From a virus (taxonomy: Duplodnaviria > Heunggongvirae > Uroviricota > Caudoviricetes), in IMG/VR virus record IMGVR_UViG_3300009614_000107: a DNA stretch of 64,000 nucleotides. One strand, given 5' to 3'. The notes under the pieces are model-generated. The model was not told the origin of the DNA. It worked only from the letters and a program-made list of their open reading frames with translations, and searched no databases. The translations under genes were made by a program, and so were the position numbers. Below are positions 56,270-64,000 of the stretch, piece after piece (the first letter of the stretch is position 1; the number at the start of each line of letters is the position of its first letter).

Positions 56270-57205
56270 TTACACCTTATCCCACGTAGGTGGCTCAAGT
56301 GCATCCTGAGCTTCGTAGTATGTAAATAAGGTATTGATGATTTTATAAATATCACTCTTTGGATGCCAGTTTTGTTGTCTTGCAATCTTATCTATATCAA
56401 GTGTAGATTCTTTGACATACCCAGGTGCTTTAAAATCAGTCAATGTAAAGTTTGTTTTGTAGCCCTTTGTTGCTGCAACTTCGGATACTAGTTTTGCTAA
56501 ATCACCAGTGGAAATTTCCATTCCCATCGAGACATTATATAGTCCTGTATTTTCTGGTAGGTTGAATGTTGGTGCTTTCATTACAGCATCAACAATATCG
56601 TTCACATCTACTAAATCACGATAGGCTTGTCCTTGACAGAATATTTGTTCAGGAATCCCTCTTATTGCACTCCAAACCAATCTGTTAGGGAAGCAACGTC
56701 CTCTGGTTCCGACAACTGTCCCAAATCTGAAAACAACATTCTTCTTTCCAGACTTGCGTATGATTTCTTCTGCAATCCATTTGGAATAGCCATATTGTGA
56801 TGAAAGATTTACAGGACTGAGCTCCGTAAATTTCCTTCCTTCACCATAAAGATTTGCAGTTGATGAAATTACAATCATTTTTGGGTTGATTGCTCTGAGT
56901 GCATTGTAAGTTCCAATAGAATTATTGTAGAAAGCATCCTTGCTACCGTGGAACCAGCCTTCTAAGTCCTTAACCATTGACCAAGGAGTTGCAGCGAGAT
57001 GATAGAGTACTTCTGGTGGCTCATCTGGGAACATAAAATCGTCTTTTGACAAGTCACCATATTGATAGATAACACCCCTTTTCAATTCATATTTTGGGGT
57101 AACTTTGTCAATGTTTATAACTTTCTTTCCAGAAAGCCTTAGTGCCTCAACTAGGTGTGAACCTATGAAACCTGATCCACCTGTTACAACTACTATTCCA
57201 CCCAT
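56270..57205 (-). CDS. NAD-dependent sugar epimerase/dehydratase (extended SDR)
   Basis: VVTGGSGFIGSHLV Rossmann motif and YGYSK catalytic YxxxK. Confidence 0.8.
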   Translation of the reverse strand: MGGIVVVTGGSGFIGSHLVEALRLSGKKVINIDKVTPKYELKRGVIYQYGDLSKDDFMFPDEPPEVLYHLAATPWSMVKDLEGWFHGSKDAFYNNSIGTYNALRAINPKMIVISSTANLYGEGRKFTELSPVNLSSQYGYSKWIAEEIIRKSGKKNVVFRFGTVVGTRGRCFPNRLVWSAIRGIPEQIFCQGQAYRDLVDVNDIVDAVMKAPTFNLPENTGLYNVSMGMEISTGDLAKLVSEVAATKGYKTNFTLTDFKAPGYVKESTLDIDKIARQQNWHPKSDIYKIINTLFTYYEAQDALEPPTWDKV

Positions 57206-57292
57206 TTACTTTTTCTCCTTTACTTTTTTAACACCTATCAATCCAGCCCACATCATCTGACCAGAAAACTCCATAACTCCCCACAGCCATCC

Positions 57293-57850
57293 CTATGGTG
57301 AAACTTCTATCAATCCATTAGAATACATAATCCAACTAGCCCAATATCCACTAACTGTTAGATAATATAATGATCCTGTAAATATTAATCCAAGTATCCA
57401 AAACCATTTTGAAATACTTAAAAAATTATATATTTTACCCAGTATAATTACAGTTGCAATCATAATCATTCCAATTACAAAATGTGATATACCATAAGTA
57501 CCAAAAAACATAATATATATATCATTACCAATACCAGTATTTGGTTCGTAAAAAACTTTTTCAACCCACCAAGCAAAATCATGTGATATTAAAATAGATG
57601 CCATGATAACAAGCACCATCACTGAATATCGTATTGTATAATGAATTTGTCTGGTTTCGTAATATAATACTATATACAATAAACACCAAGTCAAAACTGT
57701 AATAGAATGTGGAGTAAATGGTGTGAATGGAATTGCTATTCCTCTTATATCAAACAATCCATATCGAAAGATGTTGACAATGGCAACTATCATTACTACT
57801 ATTGCAGGAGATAGTGCTAAAAAGTCAAATAATTCACCTTTATTGACCAA
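57293..57850 (-). CDS. polytopic membrane protein
   Basis: about 6 TM helices. Confidence 0.4.
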   Translation of the reverse strand: MVNKGELFDFLALSPAIVVMIVAIVNIFRYGLFDIRGIAIPFTPFTPHSITVLTWCLLYIVLYYETRQIHYTIRYSVMVLVIMASILISHDFAWWVEKVFYEPNTGIGNDIYIMFFGTYGISHFVIGMIMIATVIILGKIYNFLSISKWFWILGLIFTGSLYYLTVSGYWASWIMYSNGLIEVSP

Positions 57851-57866
57851 AATTTATTTCACCATT

Positions 57867-58286
57867 TTATTTTACTTCCTTTTTTAGGTGAACTTCATAG
57901 AATATCCAGATCCAACTACTACAAGCATATGTGCCAGAGATTATAAATATTAATGAAGTTAGCCTTGTCCAAGGCAAAATCCATGTGATTAGTGAGGCTA
58001 TAGATAACCCAATACCTATAAGCAACGTCTTAAATGATGTGGGATTATCCATATAAAATTCATCGTGCTTTGTACCATCTGCTTCAGTCACGTGAAAGAT
58101 AGTTGGCTCTGGTAAATTTCTACAAGTTATAAAGAAATATAGAATTACCATAACACCAATAAATCCAATTATAACAGAGCTAACGTGCATTTCTGGTGAT
58201 ATAAAATCAAGAATTCCGATTGCTAATATTAAAATTGCTGATGTATATAATGATGCAAGTGTTGGTGGTTCTCCAACTATACCCAT
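57867..58286 (-). CDS. polytopic membrane protein
   Basis: 4 TM helices. Confidence 0.4.
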   Translation of the reverse strand: MGIVGEPPTLASLYTSAILILAIGILDFISPEMHVSSVIIGFIGVMVILYFFITCRNLPEPTIFHVTEADGTKHDEFYMDNPTSFKTLLIGIGLSIASLITWILPWTRLTSLIFIISGTYACSSWIWIFYEVHLKKEVK

Positions 58287-58498
58287 TAGAGCAACCCACC
58301 TCTGGCTTCATCCATCTCCTTGAATGTCTGTTTATAGTTGCTTAGAAGCAGAGGTATTCCACTAAGAGGAATATAGAAAAGCATTATGTGGAAATGATAA
58401 TGAATCTCTTTCCAAATCCACACATATATGAAAGCAGCCATATCTATTGTAATATATCCTAATCCAGTCAGCTTCAAAATTTCAAAAATATCTATCAT
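58286..58498 (-). CDS. small membrane protein
   Basis: 2 TM helices. Confidence 0.35.
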   Translation of the reverse strand: MIDIFEILKLTGLGYITIDMAAFIYVWIWKEIHYHFHIMLFYIPLSGIPLLLSNYKQTFKEMDEARGGLL

Positions 58499-59703
58499 TT
58501 TCTGGATAGCTCCTTAATTACACGTCTTTGAATTGTGATAAAGAAAATTATTGAAACCAAAGCGACAGAGGATAGGAACGACACTCCACATAATATGGCC
58601 AAGGTTGCAAGCAACTTGCCTTCAGCCAAGTAGACTATAATTGCTTGGATTCCTGCCCACATAGAGAATATGAAGAGAACCAAGGCTGGTAATCCGAGAA
58701 CAGTGTATGGTCTTGCCCATATTCCAGACCAGAAAATAGAGTTAATTAGATTTAATCCCTGGGATAGGAGATTGCTGGCTGGCTTCTCTGGTTTGTTGTA
58801 TGTTATTACACATGGAACTTCTGAAATTTTCATATTTTCTTCTTTTGCAATATTAAGTATCTCAAGGGAAGCACCCATTCCATCGTCTGTAATTTTTATG
58901 GACTCGATTGCCTTTCTACTGTAAGCTCGGAATCCACACTGTGTATCACCGATTTTGTAGATTAGGTTGAGTGCTGAGATTACTGCTTTTCTATGAAGAG
59001 GAACCTGTTCTCCTGCTAAGAACCTGTTGCCTATCACTATATCTGAGGTTTGTAGAGCAGTTAGGAATCTGGGAATCTCATTTGGATTGTGTTGTCCATC
59101 TCCGTCCAAAGTGATAAGGGTATCATAGTAGTTTTCTTTTGCATATTTGAATATCTCATAAAGTGCTTGTCCATATCCAGACCATTTGAAATCAAGAACT
59201 TGTGCTCCAAGAGACTTTGAGATTTCTGCTGTTCCATCCATCGAGCCATTTGATACAACTAGAACATTGCCAAATTTTTTGGCTTCTTTTATAACATCAC
59301 TGATATTATCCTGTTCGTTATGTGCTGGTATCCCTATGAGGATCCTGCTTCTTGTAGTGTGAATTAGGCATCTTACATATTCTGAGGAGAAGAGTTGTTT
59401 GGATTCCTCTAGGTTGAGAACATCGTCACAGCCTATGATATGATAGTGCTGGGGAACAGAGGCGTATGTCCCGAAAACCATATAGAAGGTTTCTGTCTTG
59501 CAGTTTTGCTCCATATATGAACGTAATCTATCTAGGCAGTGGGCAAACTCTGCTGGTGTTGGTGTCTCTGTATGGCGGTTTGTGACAACCATAATACGTA
59601 AATTGTGTCCTTTTGGTTCCTTTGTTTTAACTATGTAACAGAGATCATCCTGGTAAAGTAATTGTTCCCGTTGTGGGATTGTGCAAAGGGGGCATTCAGA
59701 CAC
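58495..59703 (-). CDS. HIT-like domain fused to DPM1-like GT2 glycosyltransferase with C-terminal TM helices
   Basis: N-terminal CPLCTI...DDLCYIVKTKEPKGHNLRIMVVTNRH...SVPQHYHIIG (HIT pattern); then IGIPAHNEQDNI...VSNGSMDGT GT2; two C-terminal TM. Confidence 0.6.
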   Translation of the reverse strand: MSECPLCTIPQREQLLYQDDLCYIVKTKEPKGHNLRIMVVTNRHTETPTPAEFAHCLDRLRSYMEQNCKTETFYMVFGTYASVPQHYHIIGCDDVLNLEESKQLFSSEYVRCLIHTTRSRILIGIPAHNEQDNISDVIKEAKKFGNVLVVSNGSMDGTAEISKSLGAQVLDFKWSGYGQALYEIFKYAKENYYDTLITLDGDGQHNPNEIPRFLTALQTSDIVIGNRFLAGEQVPLHRKAVISALNLIYKIGDTQCGFRAYSRKAIESIKITDDGMGASLEILNIAKEENMKISEVPCVITYNKPEKPASNLLSQGLNLINSIFWSGIWARPYTVLGLPALVLFIFSMWAGIQAIIVYLAEGKLLATLAILCGVSFLSSVALVSIIFFITIQRRVIKELSRK

Positions 59704-60128
59704 TACTTAACTCCACCAGCCACAGTAGGATAAATTAACTTTAATGCTAGGAATATAATCAGCACAATAATGATTATGGAATCACTGAAGATTTTTGGTG
59801 CTTTTGCACGTTGCATTATATCACCATAAATTACTTCTGCTTTTCCAATTATAAAACCACCAACACTTTCACAACCAATCATAAGGATATATGCAGCAAA
59901 TGCGTATGTAGCAAACCCAAGTATCGTCATATTTTCAAAGTTTAACACACTTGTGAGAATGTTTGGTTCTATTACCATAGCTGTCATTATACCGACTACA
60001 AAACCAACAGCAATTTTCATTTGTCTATATTGAAATGTGTCTTTGAATGAATATTCTTCATCTTTATGTTCATCTGCATCCTCTTTCAGGAATGTCTTGA
60101 CCTTTTCTTTCAGATCATTTAGGTTCAT
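59703..60128 (-). CDS. GtrA-like small polytopic membrane protein
   Basis: 141 aa, 4 TM. Confidence 0.35.
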   Translation of the reverse strand: MNLNDLKEKVKTFLKEDADEHKDEEYSFKDTFQYRQMKIAVGFVVGIMTAMVIEPNILTSVLNFENMTILGFATYAFAAYILMIGCESVGGFIIGKAEVIYGDIMQRAKAPKIFSDSIIIIVLIIFLALKLIYPTVAGGVK

Positions 60129-60786
60129 CTGTTATCCCAGCCACAAACTTTTCCCAAGCCTCATCAAATTCCTTGATGGTGGTTTCTGTTCTTGGATGGG
60201 TTATCATACCCATAAGGACTTCATAGGATACTGTAACAATGTCTGCACCGTAACTGAAGGCTAGTGGAACATCTAATGGACTCCTAATACTTCCAGCAAT
60301 GATCTCTGCTGGTGGATCCCAGTCTGAACCGTGCTCTAGAAGGTAGATATGTGATAGCCTGAAAGCATCTTCAACTGCTTCCATATTCTTTTCATTCCAG
60401 TCAAGTATGCGGTTATAGAAGAGTGAAACATATCTTGCACCAGCTTCCATAGCAAGAATTGCCTGGGAAGCGGTCATTAGACACGTTGCATTTGTTGGGA
60501 TTCCGTTTTCTGTGAGTTCCGCTATTACTCCAAGTCCCTTGCCATCACTCCACATTGGGACTTTTATTACAATATTGCTATGGTTTATATCAAACAAATC
60601 CTTGGCTTCGTTGATTAATTCATCAATGGAACCCTTGGAGTTTGTAAGTTCGACACTTATTGGACCATCTACAATATCACAGATATCCGCTATTGCTGAT
60701 ATGTAGGCTTCCTTTGAATACTTCATACCAGATTTTCTGAAGATATTTTGGTTTGTTGTGACTCCATGAATCACACCCAAATCCAA
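60115..60786 (-). CDS. transaldolase / fructose-6-phosphate aldolase family (short type)
   Basis: GVTTNQ; Schiff-base lysine context IVIKVP...GIPTNATCLMTASQAILAMEAGARYVSLFYNRI. Confidence 0.75.
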   Translation of the reverse strand: MDLGVIHGVTTNQNIFRKSGMKYSKEAYISAIADICDIVDGPISVELTNSKGSIDELINEAKDLFDINHSNIVIKVPMWSDGKGLGVIAELTENGIPTNATCLMTASQAILAMEAGARYVSLFYNRILDWNEKNMEAVEDAFRLSHIYLLEHGSDWDPPAEIIAGSIRSPLDVPLAFSYGADIVTVSYEVLMGMITHPRTETTIKEFDEAWEKFVAGITDEPK

Positions 60787-60955
60787 TGCCTTTTCTATTT
60801 CATCTATCTTTGCTGTATCTAAAAAGATTGTCGTACCCTCATCATCTCCAAAGCCTTGTATATAATAACTGGAACCATAAGACCGATGAGTATGGCTTCC
60901 TTAATGCCTATTTCATCGTCTTTGTCCATATAGAACGTTTTTCTCAATGTCATTT

Positions 60956-61333
60956 CTAACACCTCAATAGATCGGGATTGATTTGCGCCAGAGGATGTTT
61001 CTTTTTGACAAAGTAATATGCTTCGTCACGTGACATTCCCATTTTTTCAAGCCAAAGAATTATTATGAATACTGATCTGGACATACCAGCTCTGCAACAG
61101 ACAAGAACTTTCTGATTACTTCCCAGTGCGTTTTCTAAATCTTTAAGAATTGTTGAAAATGCCTCTTCTGGGTTTGTACCATCATCATTTAAACGAAATT
61201 GATAGCAGTTTGGTAAATGACCGAGATCGAAGCCACCAACGTTAATTATATGGTTTATTTCATATTTATTAATATCATCCATAGCTATGAAGGAGTCACC
61301 AACATATAATCTGTCTAAGATTTTTGTTATCAT
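60956..61333 (-). CDS. dual-specificity (CX5R) protein/sugar-phosphate phosphatase
   Basis: VLVCCRAGMSRS active-site P-loop. Confidence 0.6.
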   Translation of the reverse strand: MITKILDRLYVGDSFIAMDDINKYEINHIINVGGFDLGHLPNCYQFRLNDDGTNPEEAFSTILKDLENALGSNQKVLVCCRAGMSRSVFIIILWLEKMGMSRDEAYYFVKKKHPLAQINPDLLRC

Positions 61334-61890
61334 TTTTGAACCAGCCTCTTCAACTCGTGGCAGACTAGGTGGGTGTAAACAGAATGAATTCCCTCAACAA
61401 CATACACATCCCCAGAACTAATTGTCAGGAAATGTGCGGTTGGGAATAACTTGGCTAAATCTCCACCATTATTCCCAGAAAGAATGAAGATTTCCCCCTT
61501 CTTTTCCTTAGCCAGATTTGCAGCACCTACTAGGTTCTGACTCCATTGCCCAGCATCCTGCTGTCCTGCTCCACCGTGAACGGTAATCAGGATAAGTCCA
61601 TCACCTTGAGTGAAATATTTCATTTGTTCGGTGTAGACTCTGCTCCATCCTCTGTCATTTGTGAGTGCTGATAATCTAGGTGCATTATCCACCATCGAAG
61701 TGACATCAAAACCAAGGTTCATCAAGTCTGATGCAAAATGGCTTGCTGTCGCTAGTGAACCGCCATTACCAGCAACAAAAATTCTCTTTCCCATCCTTCT
61801 AACAGCCATTAATTTCTGTGAGAAATCTTTAATGTCCTTTATGGATGTTGCCTTGAGCATATCGATTACTACAGTCTTTGGTTCAATCAA
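61330..61890 (-). CDS. SIS-domain phosphoheptose isomerase (GmhA-like)
   Basis: RIFVAGNGGSLATASHFASDL similar to GmhA GNGGSAADAQHFAAEL. Confidence 0.7.
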   Translation of the reverse strand: MIEPKTVVIDMLKATSIKDIKDFSQKLMAVRRMGKRIFVAGNGGSLATASHFASDLMNLGFDVTSMVDNAPRLSALTNDRGWSRVYTEQMKYFTQGDGLILITVHGGAGQQDAGQWSQNLVGAANLAKEKKGEIFILSGNNGGDLAKLFPTAHFLTISSGDVYVVEGIHSVYTHLVCHELKRLVQK

Positions 61891-62825
61891 GCCTCAATCA
61901 CTCTGGATCCATTTTGGTAGAATTTGAATGGCACGTATGGTAAGCCAATATTATTCATAGCCTTGATCAATTTAGCCTTATCCTGATTTTTGGCTGTATA
62001 GAACAATAAAAAGCCACCTCCACCAGCACCAATTATCTTTCCACCAAGTGCGCCTGACTTCATTGCTAATTCATATGCCTTGTCAATATCTGGATTTGTC
62101 ATCTCTGGAGTTATCTGACGTTTAGTTTTCCAATGAACATCAAGAGTTCTTCCAAACTCATCATATTCACAGGCTTCAAGCGCACTGAAACTTCTCTCAC
62201 CGAGTTGCATTATTTTAAGCATATTTTCATCATCATTGCCAACTTTGGCAAGTATGGGGTTGGCATCTCTTGTGAAATTTGTGTAGAATAGTGATAAATG
62301 ATCTTCCAAGCCTGGAACTTCCATCTTTTTACTCATAACAAGTCCAGCCTTATTTATTGTGTAAACACGAATTCCACCATAAAGTGCAGTATATTGATCT
62401 TGTTTACCAACTGGATGTCCAAGTGATCTATCCAAGTCAAAGGCTAGTTCTGCAATATTATTAATTGGTGTCTTTGTGTAGACTGAAAGAGCATTAATTA
62501 AACCAACAGCAAATGAACAGGAAGAACCCATACCGCTTCCACTTGGTAAGTCGGATAATGTTGTGATATCTACGTGATCTCTAATGTTAAAGTATTCTAG
62601 GGCAACTCTAATGAACTTATGTTGAATATCATCAAGTTCGTTTGCTATCTCTATCCTTGAATATGCCAAACGAATTGGACTTTCGAATCTAGAATTAATT
62701 GCAACGTAAACAAACTTATCAATTGCAGCAGAAATCCAGAACCCATCGTGTTTAGTATAGAACTCTGGTATATCTGTACCCCCACCGCCTAGGGGAAGTC
62801 TATGAGGTGTTTTGGATATTATCAA
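61887..62825 (-). CDS. GHMP-family sugar kinase (HddA-like heptose-7-phosphate kinase candidate)
   Basis: LPSGSGMGSSCSFAVG GHMP motif; N-terminal PLGGGGTD. Confidence 0.7.
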   Translation of the reverse strand: MIISKTPHRLPLGGGGTDIPEFYTKHDGFWISAAIDKFVYVAINSRFESPIRLAYSRIEIANELDDIQHKFIRVALEYFNIRDHVDITTLSDLPSGSGMGSSCSFAVGLINALSVYTKTPINNIAELAFDLDRSLGHPVGKQDQYTALYGGIRVYTINKAGLVMSKKMEVPGLEDHLSLFYTNFTRDANPILAKVGNDDENMLKIMQLGERSFSALEACEYDEFGRTLDVHWKTKRQITPEMTNPDIDKAYELAMKSGALGGKIIGAGGGGFLLFYTAKNQDKAKLIKAMNNIGLPYVPFKFYQNGSRVIEA

Positions 62826-63492
62826 CTTTCTTTTTCCTCCAAACTGGTGCGTCTTTCTTAATTGCTAGAAACACAATAACTGTACAAATTAGCCTATCTA
62901 GCATATAATATGGTGTATTCCAAACTGTCTCATTTGCGTTTGCTGATGGTGGTATATACCAACCAAGCATAAACAGAGTGGCTATTACAAGACCGAGAAC
63001 AATTAATCCTAATGATTTTTTATCTGTTTTCCAGCCAGTTGTTTTTAATATGAACCAAACAAACATCAGACTTACTAGGTGAAGAACCCAGTCTAACTGG
63101 AAACCAAGAATAAATGCGTTTGTGATTAGATATGGAACTTCCCAATAATGAGATCCTATGAACACAACTAGAACAGATATTGCTATAGCTTGTGGAAAAT
63201 CCCATTTTTTAACTACCATTAGGTATAATGCAAATACAAATCCAACTCCAATATAGAACATAAACAGAGTTATTATTGGATTTGCTTGAATAACATTATT
63301 AAGAAATGGGATCATTCCTTTCAATAAATAAGAAATACCCAGAAGCATAATCGCAACGGGCATTAAGACTACCATTAAATTGTTTAGTTTCTTGCTTTTA
63401 AAATAAAAGAAATACATCCAGAAGATTGGCTGTAACCACACCATTGTGAAGTCAAGTAAAGAATAAAAATCACTTGTATTCATTGAATTCAA
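62800..63492 (-). CDS. polytopic membrane protein
   Basis: 6-7 TM helices. Confidence 0.45.
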   Translation of the reverse strand: MNSMNTSDFYSLLDFTMVWLQPIFWMYFFYFKSKKLNNLMVVLMPVAIMLLGISYLLKGMIPFLNNVIQANPIITLFMFYIGVGFVFALYLMVVKKWDFPQAIAISVLVVFIGSHYWEVPYLITNAFILGFQLDWVLHLVSLMFVWFILKTTGWKTDKKSLGLIVLGLVIATLFMLGWYIPPSANANETVWNTPYYMLDRLICTVIVFLAIKKDAPVWRKKKVDNIQNTS

Positions 63493-64000
63493 GTCCTATT
63501 TATTGCAAGCCAATCCCATTCTGCTTTGTAGAGTGCAGCTACGTTTTTATCTGTGATTAAAAGCATATTTTCTGCATTTTCTGTTTCGGCTGCGGTTGTC
63601 CAATTGAAACTTCCTGTTGTAACATAGACACCATCAACAATCATAAATTTATTGTGCATTATTCCAGAACCTGTGTCAAAGGAAACTTTGATATTTTCAT
63701 ATCTTCCTATATAAGAAAACATATTTCCTTCAGTTCTCTGGGATGGTTCTCCAATAACATATATTTTGATGCCTCTGTTTCCAGCAGCAATTAAAGCATC
63801 TGCAATATTTTGACTTGTAAATGAGTAAATAGCTATGTATATTGTAGAGTTTGCATTGTTAATTAGTTTGATTACTTCGTTGGAACAGCTAGTATGTGTT
63901 GAGAAAAAGACTTTGACATTTGTTGAATATGGTTCTGGTGGTCCGTGGGCAATTATCCCAGGAAGATTAGAACCAATTGACAGTCCTATAATGAATACTA
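63489..64000 (-). CDS. phospholipase D / HKD-nuclease family protein (N-terminus beyond window)
   Basis: HKD motif HNKFMIVDG...GSFNWT; frame open upstream to window edge. Confidence 0.55.
   Translation of the reverse strand, partial: VFIIGLSIGSNLPGIIAHGPPEPYSTNVKVFFSTHTSCSNEVIKLINNANSTIYIAIYSFTSQNIADALIAAGNRGIKIYVIGEPSQRTEGNMFSYIGRYENIKVSFDTGSGIMHNKFMIVDGVYVTTGSFNWTTAAETENAENMLLITDKNVAALYKAEWDWLAINRT

Noticed and set aside
1-64000. rRNA genes or CRISPR arrays
   Set aside because: No rRNA-like conserved stretches and no regularly spaced direct repeats were seen anywhere in the window.

Overview
The window is a gene-dense, AT-rich (about 35-40% GC), almost single-strand-oriented segment with archaeal hallmarks. 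A near-identical 12-nt promoter-like element (TTTATAAATATT, or AATATTTATAAA in front of plus-strand genes) sits in front of nearly every transcription unit. Strong Shine-Dalgarno sites (GGAGG 7-10 nt upstream) precede most starts. Archaeal markers include a TFB, a CCA-encoding intron-containing tRNA, an archaeo-eukaryotic primase (AEP), family-B DNA polymerase, RFC small and large subunits, and an Hjc-like resolvase. Content by region: (1) 0-6.8 kb holds small Zn-ribbon and membrane proteins, a radical-SAM enzyme and a T4 endonuclease V (DenV)-type pyrimidine-dimer glycosylase. (2) 6.8-12.5 kb is a tandem, translationally coupled array of about 24 small lysine/arginine-rich paralogous proteins of unknown family. 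(3) 13.3-15.2 kb is a GC-rich flotillin/SPFH gene that looks horizontally acquired. (4) Seven tRNAs lie in three clusters (one Trp- or Gly-like with an intron, Lys-UUU, Arg-UCU, Lys-CUU, Ile-GAU, Met-CAU, Thr-UGU), together with a roughly 200-nt candidate structured ncRNA. (5) Surface or secreted proteins include a collagen-like (G-X-Y)n protein, a GY-hexapeptide-repeat protein, a Gly-rich protein and a tandem-GH5 glycosidase. (6) 20.6-39 kb is a self-contained replication/repair module: UvrD-like and DEAH helicases, TFB, PolB, AEP primase, RFC small and large subunits, RecA-like ATPase, Cas4-like nuclease, family-4 UDG and an Hjc-like gene broken by an in-frame TGA. An HNH-AP2 homing endonuclease is inserted in this module. 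(7) 44.4-64 kb is a roughly 20-kb glycan-biosynthesis cluster: GT2 and GT-B glycosyltransferases, SAM methyltransferases, hexapeptide acetyltransferases, a B12-radical-SAM enzyme, an NAD epimerase/dehydratase, an LmbE deacetylase and a heptose branch (transaldolase/FSA, GmhA-like isomerase, GHMP kinase, DSP phosphatase), ending in a PLD-like gene. The organisation looks most like a large archaeal virus or other autonomous extrachromosomal element, with a streamlined archaeal genome as the alternative; no capsid or terminase genes are recognisable. No CRISPR arrays or rRNA genes are present.
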